A stretch of 56,014 bases of DNA. Source: an uncultured Lachnospiraceae bacterium (lineage in GTDB: Bacteria > Bacillota > Clostridia > Oscillospirales > CAG-272). Under the pieces are notes generated by a model that saw nothing but the letters and a program-made list of their open reading frames with translations, was not told where the DNA came from and made no database searches. The stretch lies in NCBI GenBank assembly GCA_964581025.1, contig CAZONA010000002.1:1-56014 (forward strand), read 5' to 3'. Below are positions 17,910 to 25,259 of the stretch, one piece after another. How positions within the stretch are numbered: the stretch's first letter is position 1; every line of letters starts with the position of its first letter. A program made the position numbers and the translations under genes.

Positions 17910-18206
17910 GTGATCATTAATTATGAAATTGATAAAAATCAAAGCATCTTAAACAAATTGATTAAATTGGTTGAAAAGCTTGATTATCTTGATCAAAGGT
18001 ATCTGCTGGAAATAGATGCTATTCAGTCTGTATATCAAAGCCCCTCGGGGAAACTTTTCTTACAAGAATTACTAAACGAATATTCGAGCTTTTTAAACAG
18101 TTATAACACATTTTGCAAAACGTTGGAAGCTTTTGCAAAAATTCATGAATTGCATCTTGAAGCATCGATGTACATTGATGATGAAATCGCCAAAACACGG
18201 GGGTAA
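17910..18206 (+). CDS. Small helical protein, WXG100-like / T7SS targeting-factor-like
   Basis: GTG start after a run of G (ggggggga). 98 aa, predicted helix-turn-helix hairpin with 'VYQSPSGKLF' at mid-length. It lies immediately upstream of the putative effector. Confidence 0.55.
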   Translation: MIINYEIDKNQSILNKLIKLVEKLDYLDQRYLLEIDAIQSVYQSPSGKLFLQELLNEYSSFLNSYNTFCKTLEAFAKIHELHLEASMYIDDEIAKTRG

Positions 18207-18210
18207 TGTC

Positions 18211-18423
18211 ATGAACGAAAATCTTAACAATCAAAAAAATAATTGCTTGCATTTGTTGATGCCGTGTTTAACCGCAGCTGAGGAAAGCCTTAATATTTCG
18301 CTTTCATCCTCCGAAAGAAGTAAAATTATTGATTTGTTAAATGATATTAAAACCGATCTGAATTCTTTTATGACAACAATGGATGAAATTGATGCATTGC
18401 TTAAGAAATTGGGGTACAGTTAA
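18211..18423 (+). CDS. Small helical protein (70 aa), putative T7SS accessory/targeting factor
   Basis: Start moved to the ATG at 18211, 4 nt after the previous stop with a GGGGG RBS. The longer ORF-track start at 18133 overlaps the upstream gene. Confidence 0.5.
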   Translation: MNENLNNQKNNCLHLLMPCLTAAEESLNISLSSSERSKIIDLLNDIKTDLNSFMTTMDEIDALLKKLGYS

Positions 18424-18424
18424 T

Positions 18425-19588
18425 ATGACAGACTTATATGCAAATACAGATCGTCTTTTTGAAATATATTGTTGCTTATTAAAATTCAATCAATATGAAT
18501 CTGACATCTTCGATTATCAGCAGAATATCAAATCAGCATTTCTTGGTTGCATAGATAATCAAGAGCTTTCTGCCTTGCTCACACAAGCATCTGACTGCTT
18601 GGACCGCAGTCGCGAAAACTCACAAACAATTTTGAGGTGCATAGATTCCATTAATTCGGTTTGTGAATGGTGTGCCGAGGAAACAAATGCGATCGTATCA
18701 TCAATTGATCTGATTTGTCCTCAATCGGGTGCTATACTGACTTCAGAAAATTGTGTTGCGAATGAATCTTTGACAGACACCCCAACTGACATTGATGGTT
18801 TTAAAAGTACAGTACATAGCATAAAAGAAATTATTGAAAATGACCCCACATGCAAGCTTGCAAAGATCGGAATCAAAGAGTGTTTAGCGGTGATATCGGA
18901 TTTGCGCATTACAAAATACTATAAGGATGGAAAGGTTTTTCTAAAAGGATATAAGCGATCCGATCATTTAACATGGCGATATAATAAAAGCACTTATGTT
19001 GCCAAACAAGCGACGAATTTTAGCCTTCTTGAAAAGCTCAACTTGATAGGGGATGCCGTTGAAAATATTTCTTTTGCCGGAGAAGCTATTTACAACACAT
19101 GGCACAACGAAGAGAATAGCACTGAGGATAAGATTATTGACACTGCGACCTATGGAATTTGCTCGGCTGCAAGTATGGCATTGGACGTAGCAGCTACAAT
19201 TGCCGGTAATGCTGTCGTCGCTGCCGTACCTATTCCTGTTTTGAATGTTGTGCTCGGAAAGGCGACAGAATATGTTATTGGTACTGCGGCGGAAGTAATG
19301 AGATCCGAAATTGTAGTAAATCAAGTCGAAGATTCCATGAAAAATGTCGTCGGAGCAGCTACTGCAGGCGTAGCTGCTATATCCCAAACCGCAGAAAGGC
19401 TGAAGAACTCGGAAACATTGGGGGATGCTATTGCTAATACTCTCGAGCTTGTGGGCTCTGCCGTTAAAGCCGGATGCCAAGTGGTTTCAACAGTTATTGA
19501 TGAAACTATCAAAACTGTAGGAACTGTGATTGCAGAAACCGCAAGTACAATTTGGAGTAAAATTTCCGGCTTATTTAAGGGGAGGTAG
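18425..19588 (+). CDS. Putative T7SS effector: helical N-terminal region plus an Ala/Gly/Val/Thr-rich amphipathic-hydrophobic C-terminal region
   Basis: Start moved to the ATG at 18425, 1 nt after the previous stop. C-terminal segments 'IAGNAVVAAVPIPVLNVVLG', 'VVGAATAGVAAISQ' and 'LELVGSAVKAGCQVVSTVI'. No signal peptide. Confidence 0.55.
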   Translation: MTDLYANTDRLFEIYCCLLKFNQYESDIFDYQQNIKSAFLGCIDNQELSALLTQASDCLDRSRENSQTILRCIDSINSVCEWCAEETNAIVSSIDLICPQSGAILTSENCVANESLTDTPTDIDGFKSTVHSIKEIIENDPTCKLAKIGIKECLAVISDLRITKYYKDGKVFLKGYKRSDHLTWRYNKSTYVAKQATNFSLLEKLNLIGDAVENISFAGEAIYNTWHNEENSTEDKIIDTATYGICSAASMALDVAATIAGNAVVAAVPIPVLNVVLGKATEYVIGTAAEVMRSEIVVNQVEDSMKNVVGAATAGVAAISQTAERLKNSETLGDAIANTLELVGSAVKAGCQVVSTVIDETIKTVGTVIAETASTIWSKISGLFKGR

Positions 19589-19590
19589 CT

Positions 19591-20313
19591 ATGCACTTTG
19601 CTTTTGTGGAAACAGAGTTATCGTACTTAATAAAGCGATTCAACTACCACTCAATAGTAGGATTGAACATGTGCCTATACAACGAGGAGGAGGTTAAGCA
19701 ATCATTGTTGAGAAAGGACTATTTGGTTAAAATATCAAATAGAGATGAATTATCAAATTCGGTTCGCATTTTGCTGTCCGCATGGAGTCGAATGAGATAC
19801 TCATTTATCAGAAACGATTGCAACGGGGAAGAGAATTCTCTGTTTATTTTAGTCAGTGATGAGGCAATGTTATTTGTTTCGACTTTTGAACATAATGTTT
19901 CTGTGGAAATGTTCGATGCAGATGAGCAAAAATTGAATTCGCTGTTATACCATTACCTACAGTTGAGCGATAAAACTTACGATCCTCAAACTTTAAATAT
20001 TACGCTTACTGTGGGTGATTTTGTAGAGTTGTTCTTTCTGAACGCTCAAAGCAATACGAAATATGCTCAACAAAAATTAGGTCTTCCTTGTGATGAGATA
20101 TGCGATTTGTATTCGGCCATGGAACGCAAACCGCATGTTATATTGATAGTTCAAGATATGCAAATGAATATCGGCTCGTTGAATGTGATATATAGCTTTG
20201 GAGAAAAATTAGTGATGATTAAGCATGTAACACCCGAAGCGAAAGAAAATGAAAGGGTGGTTATTGTTAAAGGCGATTTGCGAGCAATCGTAGATAGTAT
20301 TTATATTTTGTAA
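19591..20313 (+). CDS. Hypothetical soluble protein (240 aa), a candidate chaperone or immunity partner of the preceding gene
   Basis: GGGGAGG RBS. The start is 2 nt after the previous stop. I recognise no motif. Confidence 0.6.
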   Translation: MHFAFVETELSYLIKRFNYHSIVGLNMCLYNEEEVKQSLLRKDYLVKISNRDELSNSVRILLSAWSRMRYSFIRNDCNGEENSLFILVSDEAMLFVSTFEHNVSVEMFDADEQKLNSLLYHYLQLSDKTYDPQTLNITLTVGDFVELFFLNAQSNTKYAQQKLGLPCDEICDLYSAMERKPHVILIVQDMQMNIGSLNVIYSFGEKLVMIKHVTPEAKENERVVIVKGDLRAIVDSIYIL

Positions 20314-20324
20314 GGAGAATAATA

Positions 20325-20579
20325 ATGAAAGACTATTTGCCCATTGGTACTATTGTGCTTTTGAAAAACGGAAAGAAAAAAATTATGATTTATGGTAGAC
20401 GTCAGTCAAGAATAAATGAAAATCATGAGTACGATTATATTGCGTGTCTTTATCCGGAAGGGAATATTAACGAAAATTATATGTATCTCTTCAATCACGA
20501 GGATATTGATACGGTTGTATTTAGAGGCTATAGCGATGCCGAAGAAGAAGCTTTTGTGAAAAAAATCAGTAGTATTTAG
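20325..20579 (+). CDS. DUF4176-like small protein, a family recurrent in Firmicute T7SS/LXG loci
   Basis: 'LPIGTIVLLKNGKKKIMIYGRRQ...DYIACLYPEG...YLFNHEDIDTVVFRGY' matches my memory of the DUF4176 consensus. AAGGAG RBS upstream. Confidence 0.65.
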   Translation: MKDYLPIGTIVLLKNGKKKIMIYGRRQSRINENHEYDYIACLYPEGNINENYMYLFNHEDIDTVVFRGYSDAEEEAFVKKISSI

Positions 20580-20618
20580 ATAGGAGTTATGTAAGAGCTG
20601 GCGGTGAAATTGATAGAT

Positions 20619-20702
20619 TTAGCGAAGAAATCCAATAATTAACCCCATTATTATTGTTAAAATATATCCGCAAAAGGTTAAAAAACCGTCTCTATTTTTC
20701 AT
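20619..20702 (-). CDS. Possible 27-aa hydrophobic peptide (MKNRDGFLTFCGYILTIIMGLIIGFLR)
   Basis: On the minus strand, AGGAG lies 5 nt upstream of the ATG at 20702. There is a single TM-like segment. It is the internal start of the 60-aa ORF-track entry. Confidence 0.35.
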   Translation of the reverse strand: MKNRDGFLTFCGYILTIIMGLIIGFLR

Positions 20703-20850
20703 TTGAACTCCTATAAAGTATTTTATAGTGTTATTATATGATATTTCAAATGAAAAATTACAGGAATATATAATGTCTAAGTATTTATTCAAAATCGCCA
20801 AACGCTCTTTCTACAAATTCGAAATATATTAAATTAAAAGGAGAATAAAT

Positions 20851-20991
20851 ATGACTTTTTGGATAATATTATGCTTATTACTTATTGCTTTGTCGATTCC
20901 TTTGGGGATAAAGAGTTCTTTGGCTTACAAGAAAAAGCGCATCGAAAAGGAAGCAGCTCGCCTTGGATATGACTTGCATTTTGATGATTAA
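20851..20991 (+). CDS. Possible 46-aa single-pass membrane peptide (MTFWIILCLLLIALSIPLGIKSSLAYKKKRIEKEAARLGYDLHFDD)
   Basis: AAGGAG lies 7 nt upstream of the ATG. An N-terminal TM helix is followed by a basic stretch. It is below the ORF-track length cutoff. Confidence 0.45.
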   Translation: MTFWIILCLLLIALSIPLGIKSSLAYKKKRIEKEAARLGYDLHFDD

Positions 20992-21033
20992 ATCAATATA
21001 TGTTTTATTATTGCGAAAAACGAGGTAATGTAA

Positions 21034-21498
21034 ATGGCAGTTTCATATAGTAAACTATGGAATATGCTCAAGTCAAGAAATATGACAAAAAAAGAGTTGA
21101 TGAGGAGAGCAGGAATATCTTCTGCTACTGTTTCAACAATTACTCATAATAGAGAAGTATCTATGGCAACGTTGATCTCTATTTGCAAAGCCTTGAATTG
21201 TGATATCGGTGATATTGTGAGCTTGTCGACAAATGAAGAGCAAGCACATCAATCAAGCTCCGAATATATAAAACAATTGAATAGACCGGAAATTATAAAA
21301 GAGGCTATCGAGATGTATTTGAATAATCACCAAATGAGCAAAAACACTTTTTGTAAAATCACGGGTATATCTATAAATACATTGGCTAGACTTCTGGAAG
21401 AAAAAAAGGCGAACCTGTCAACGTATAAAAAAATCATGTCGGTGATGAGCACAGAAATAATGCAATGCATTGAAAATTACTGGAGTGAACTGTCATAA
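21034..21498 (+). CDS. XRE/Cro-C1-type transcriptional regulator with two HTH modules
   Basis: 'MTKKELMRRAGISSATVSTITHNREVSMATLISICKALNCDIGDI' and a second module 'MSKNTFCKITGISINTLARLLEEKKANLSTYKKI'. Confidence 0.75.
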   Translation: MAVSYSKLWNMLKSRNMTKKELMRRAGISSATVSTITHNREVSMATLISICKALNCDIGDIVSLSTNEEQAHQSSSEYIKQLNRPEIIKEAIEMYLNNHQMSKNTFCKITGISINTLARLLEEKKANLSTYKKIMSVMSTEIMQCIENYWSELS

Positions 21499-21605
21499 TG
21501 ATACAAAGGAAGACAGTATTTCAAATGTTAATAATAGAGCGTTATTGACCTAACATCATATTAATAACTTCTAAATGAATAATGATTGTTTAATTTTTTA
21601 ATGAA

Positions 21606-22712
21606 ATGGAGTTCAGCGTAATGCCCGATCTTGTATTTAAACTTTCTGAAGACAAAAAAGAATATGCGGTATCTTTTTGCGACAGAAATGCTACCGAAGT
21701 TAAAATTCCGTCTAGATATAAGGGCAAACCGGTAACAAAAATAGGCAGTCGGGCATTCTGGGATTGCACCTATTTAACGGATATAACAATACCCAACAGC
21801 ATAACTGCGATAGGGGATTTTGCGTTCTCCGGCTTGAATGGAGGTTGCTGCTCGCTGACGAGCATAAATATACCGGATAGCGTAACGAGTATAGGTCAGG
21901 CTGCGTTTTGGGGTTGCGCTTCGCTGACGAGTGCAACGATAGCCTATGGTATAACGAACATAGGCGATTATGCGTTCTGTCTTTGCACCTCGCTTGAAAC
22001 TGTATATTGGAATGCAACGGTATGCACCAAAGCGGGTTCGAAAAAGCATCCGATATTTCAAAATTGTACATCTTTGAAAACAGTAATTATCGGAGATAAT
22101 GTAACGACGATGCCTGATTATGTATTCTGTAATTGCAAATCATTGACGAGTGTAACGATGTCCGATAGTGTAGTACATATCCAATCCGGTTCGTTTGCAG
22201 GATCTGTTTCCATGATGGGAATAAATGTCGATCAAGGGAATCCAAATTTTGAATCTGTTGATGGAAATTTATATACCAAGGGCGGCGAAATGCTTATACA
22301 ATATGCGTTAGGAAAACAAGATACATCTTTTGCCGTTCCGGATAGCGTAAAATATATAGGTGATATGGCGTTTCGAGATTGCAAATCGTTACTTAATATA
22401 ATTATCTATCCGGGAGCAGAAAAAATAGGTGCGTTTGCATTTTCACATTGCAATTCATTAAGAAGTTTAACTATTCCGGACACTGTAACAACCATAGGCT
22501 CTTTTGCCTTTTTCAGATGTGGTTCATTGACAGGTATAAGAATTGGTAAAGCCGTAATCGACATAGGAGATAATGTATTTAAGGATTGCGATTCCTTAAA
22601 GGAAATATACTATAATGGTACAAAGGCACAGTGGAAAGCTATAAAAAAAGGTTCGAATTGGGGACCTGGATCATATAAGATATCTTGTTTGGATGGCATA
22701 ATTGATCAATAA
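21606..22712 (+). CDS. BspA-type leucine-rich repeat (LRR_5-like) protein without a signal peptide
   Basis: Repeated ~23-aa units 'I(P/G)xSVTxIGxxAFxxCxSLTS(I/V)', for example 'INIPDSVTSIGQAAFWGCASLTSATI'. Confidence 0.8.
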   Translation: MEFSVMPDLVFKLSEDKKEYAVSFCDRNATEVKIPSRYKGKPVTKIGSRAFWDCTYLTDITIPNSITAIGDFAFSGLNGGCCSLTSINIPDSVTSIGQAAFWGCASLTSATIAYGITNIGDYAFCLCTSLETVYWNATVCTKAGSKKHPIFQNCTSLKTVIIGDNVTTMPDYVFCNCKSLTSVTMSDSVVHIQSGSFAGSVSMMGINVDQGNPNFESVDGNLYTKGGEMLIQYALGKQDTSFAVPDSVKYIGDMAFRDCKSLLNIIIYPGAEKIGAFAFSHCNSLRSLTIPDTVTTIGSFAFFRCGSLTGIRIGKAVIDIGDNVFKDCDSLKEIYYNGTKAQWKAIKKGSNWGPGSYKISCLDGIIDQ

Positions 22713-22783
22713 TTTTGTATTGTACCTAAAAATAATAATTAAAATTGATGACTTTATGCACTGAAGACACACTTAATTGAAAA

Positions 22784-22812
22784 AGCACATTGCGTAAGCA
22801 ATGTGCTTTTTT
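22784..22812. terminator. Bidirectional intrinsic terminator between the LRR gene and tRNA-Trp
   Basis: Stem agcacattgc / gcaatgtgct with loop gtaa. It is flanked by an A-run on the left and a T-run on the right, so a U-tract follows the hairpin on both strands. Confidence 0.7.
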
Positions 22813-22814
22813 CT

Positions 22815-22890
22815 TGGCAGGGGCAGGAGGATTCGAACCCGCGACCCACGGTTTTGGAGACCGGTACTCTACCAGCTGAGCTATACCCCT
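22815..22890 (-). tRNA. trnW: tRNA-Trp (anticodon CCA), 76 nt with encoded CCA
   Basis: Reverse complement: AGGGGTATAGCTCAGCTGGTAGAGTACCGGTCTCCAAAACCGTGGGTCGCGGGTTCGAATCCTCCTGCCCCTGCCA. It has a perfect 7-bp acceptor stem, GG in the D-loop, anticodon loop CUCCAAA and T-loop TTCGAAT. There is one mismatch each in the anticodon stem (27:43) and the T stem (50:64). Confidence 0.8.
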
Positions 22891-22919
22891 GTATTTCGCC
22901 GCCAACCGACGACTTTAGT

Positions 22920-22948
22920 ATTATATCACAATGTTTTCTAAAAATCAA
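22920..22948 (-). promoter_or_regulatory. SigA-type promoter of tRNA-Trp
   Basis: The minus strand reads TTGATT, a 17-nt spacer ending TGa, then TATAAT. The -10 element lies 30 nt upstream of the tRNA 5' end. Confidence 0.6.
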
Positions 22949-22995
22949 GAGGTTTTTCAATTATTTTTTGAAAAGTTTTGAATTTTCGCCACAAT

Positions 22996-24306
22996 CTATC
23001 GAGCAGAGCCGCCTTTGCCTCGGCGAGTGCGGGAACGCTTGATTTTATTATACATTTTTTCGAGCCGTCTGCGCTTTACGAAATAATACCCACCCATTAT
23101 CCCGGCAAACGACAGCAGGGTAATGAGAAACGCCCTCGAGGACAGATATTCCTTCATCAGATCCATCAGATGAAGAAACGCATTTCGCCGAGCGTCTTCC
23201 GCAACGGTCAGATATCCCGTCGCAAGGATTCGCCCGTCGTATGAAACGACCAGCTCGCCCACACGCTCGCCTGCCGAAAGCGGAGCTTTAAGCTCCCCGT
23301 ACAGATAAGTGCTGTACGTAAGGTCAATATCCGCATCGATCTCACTCGACAGATAGATCCGAATATCCTCCTCAAGATAAACGTCAATTTCGTTAAGCTC
23401 AACCGAATATTTGATCGGAACGGTGTCGATGACCGTGTCCGCAGTCATAACGGTGCGCATGGAATAATCGTTCACCGCATGTGCAAGCAAACGCTTCGAG
23501 ATCACCTCGGCGCAATTCGTGCCTGCATCAACGTCGGAAACGGCATTCGCCCCCATCACCACGCAAATATAGGAAAGCCCACCCGTCCGGTAGTAGATAA
23601 CGGTGTAATCGCCGCTACCCGAGCCGACATTAAAGCAGGACATACCCTTGTAAGATGCAAGAATTGAGGAACGGTTCGCAACCGTCGCCTTGGAGCAGGT
23701 CGCAACGCTCGAGAGCGTATAGGATTTCGTGCTCCCGATCTCGACGAAGCGTGCATTTTCGGACATATATTCCGCAAGTATCGCAGTGTCCGCCGCCGTC
23801 GTGGTCATTCCCGAGGACTCAAGCCCCGTGGGATTGATGTATTCCGTGGAGCTCATACCCAGCTGCTCGGCTTTTTCGTTCATAAGCGTAACAAATTCCT
23901 CAACGCTGTCGCAAACGGAAAGCGCAAGCACGAGGGAAGCGTCGTTGTAGCCGCCGCAAACGACCGCATAAAGCAGGTCCGCCACGGTGAGCCTGTCGCC
24001 GACCTTCAAGCCCATCGTTCTGCCCGAGGAGGCGGATAGCATCGCAGAGCTTACCGTAACGACGGTGTCCTCGCCGATCCCCGACTCAAGAGCAATGCAG
24101 GCAGTCATTATTTTTGCCGTGGAGGAGGGAGATATCGCACTCTCGGCGTTCTTCTCGGCAAGCACCGTAGCATTTTCGATATTGTAAAGATAATACGCCC
24201 CCGCCTGCGTGTCGCTCTCGTCAAGCTCGTAGGCAAATGCGGAAAGCGGGGTCGCCGAAACGACCGCAAGCACCGCAAAAATCAGCGCAAATATTCTTTT
24301 TTTCAC
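22996..24306 (-). CDS. D-alanyl-D-alanine carboxypeptidase (S11, PBP5-type)
   Basis: Start moved to the GTG at 24306, with GGAGG 8 nt upstream. Signal peptide 'KKRIFALIFAVLAVVSATPLSAFA', SxxK motif 'SPSSTAKIM' and a C-terminal TM anchor. Confidence 0.85.
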   Translation of the reverse strand: MKKRIFALIFAVLAVVSATPLSAFAYELDESDTQAGAYYLYNIENATVLAEKNAESAISPSSTAKIMTACIALESGIGEDTVVTVSSAMLSASSGRTMGLKVGDRLTVADLLYAVVCGGYNDASLVLALSVCDSVEEFVTLMNEKAEQLGMSSTEYINPTGLESSGMTTTAADTAILAEYMSENARFVEIGSTKSYTLSSVATCSKATVANRSSILASYKGMSCFNVGSGSGDYTVIYYRTGGLSYICVVMGANAVSDVDAGTNCAEVISKRLLAHAVNDYSMRTVMTADTVIDTVPIKYSVELNEIDVYLEEDIRIYLSSEIDADIDLTYSTYLYGELKAPLSAGERVGELVVSYDGRILATGYLTVAEDARRNAFLHLMDLMKEYLSSRAFLITLLSFAGIMGGYYFVKRRRLEKMYNKIKRSRTRRGKGGSAR

Positions 24307-24327
24307 GGTACTCACCTCCGTTTGCTT

Positions 24328-25257
24328 TTATCGTTTTTCAAAAAGATTCATAGCCCTGTCAATGTCGCACCTTATCTGTGCGGCAAGCTCATCAAGATCC
24401 GAAAATTTTTTCTCGTCCCGAATACGCTCGAGAAATTCCACCCTGACCGACTTCCCGTAGCAATCGCCGGAATAGTCGATCAAAAAGGTCTCCGCACTTT
24501 TTTCGCCGTCCCGATCGGTAGTCGGACGAACGCCGACGTCGGTAACGCCGAGATATTCCTTCCCGTCGAGCGTGCAGAGCGTGGAATAAACCCCGTCGGA
24601 CAAAAGCAAACGCTTCGCCGTCGGGCGTTGATTGATAGTGGGTATGCCGAGCGTGCGCCCAAGCTCCTTGCCGTGAAGGACCGGCTCGCAGATCGAGTAG
24701 CGTCCGCCGAGCAGCTCGTTCGCACGGGCGATATCTCCGCAAAGGAGCAGATCCCTTATCCGTGATGACGAAACGGTCTCGCCGCCAAAGGAGAGAAGGG
24801 GAACGACCGTCGCAGCATCGTCCATCAGCTCGCAAAGCCGTGCGGCGTCCCCTGCGGCGTTCTTGCCGAAGCGAAAATTCTCGCCGCACACCGCACCGAC
24901 GCAGCGGCACTCTCCCCGTAAAATATCCCTCACGAATGCCTCGGGCGACAGCTCACGCATCTCCGAAAATTCGGCGACTGCGGCGTATTCAAGCCCGAGA
25001 GATGCAAAAATTTCGAGCTTTTCCTCGAGCGTGCAAAGCACGTCGGAGGTCTTGTAGGACGGCGATTCAAAGAGCCAAACGCCGCCGACGGTGTCCTCGC
25101 TCGGAAAAGCACTGCGTCGGAAGTCAAGCTCCGCAAGCGTCCTTGCAACAAGTTGACGGTGCCCGAGATGAACACCGTCAAAATTGCCGACGCAGAGAAG
25201 CGACGGGGAGGGGATGGCAGGAACGGACGTGCCTGCCTTAAGGTCAAAAAATCTCAT
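24328..25257 (-). CDS. ribF: Bifunctional riboflavin kinase / FMN adenylyltransferase
   Basis: 'VGNFDGVHLGHRQL', 'LGIPTIN' and a 309-aa length typical of RibF. Confidence 0.9.
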   Translation of the reverse strand: MRFFDLKAGTSVPAIPSPSLLCVGNFDGVHLGHRQLVARTLAELDFRRSAFPSEDTVGGVWLFESPSYKTSDVLCTLEEKLEIFASLGLEYAAVAEFSEMRELSPEAFVRDILRGECRCVGAVCGENFRFGKNAAGDAARLCELMDDAATVVPLLSFGGETVSSSRIRDLLLCGDIARANELLGGRYSICEPVLHGKELGRTLGIPTINQRPTAKRLLLSDGVYSTLCTLDGKEYLGVTDVGVRPTTDRDGEKSAETFLIDYSGDCYGKSVRVEFLERIRDEKKFSDLDELAAQIRCDIDRAMNLFEKR

Positions 25258-25259
25258 TT

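Larger units (their letters stand above)
1..22780. mobile_element. AT-rich genomic island whose right end lies next to tRNA-Trp. The left end is not reached because the window starts inside AT-rich DNA.
   Basis: Spot counts of 60-nt lines give roughly 28-35% G+C left of ~22.78 kb and ~50-60% to the right, with a different codon style. A tyrosine integrase lies at 517-1641. The junction falls between the LRR gene stop (22712) and the tRNA terminator hairpin (22784). Confidence 0.6.

Noticed and set aside
16937-18424. Longer ORF-track starts at 16937, 18133 and 18383 that overlap the upstream genes
   Set aside because: Internal ATGs at 16967, 18211 and 18425 lie 1-4 nt from the preceding stop codons, with G-rich RBS-like sequence. 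They remove the overlaps.
18425-19588. Calling the 387-aa protein an LXG-domain toxin
   Set aside because: I could not find the L-x-G motif or the usual LXG N-terminal pattern. Only the gene arrangement is LXG-like, so it is reported as a putative non-LXG effector.
22754-23042. ORFs 22754-22960(-) and 22803-23042(+) overlapping the tRNA
   Set aside because: They run straight through the tRNA-Trp gene, its promoter and its terminator, and they have no RBS.
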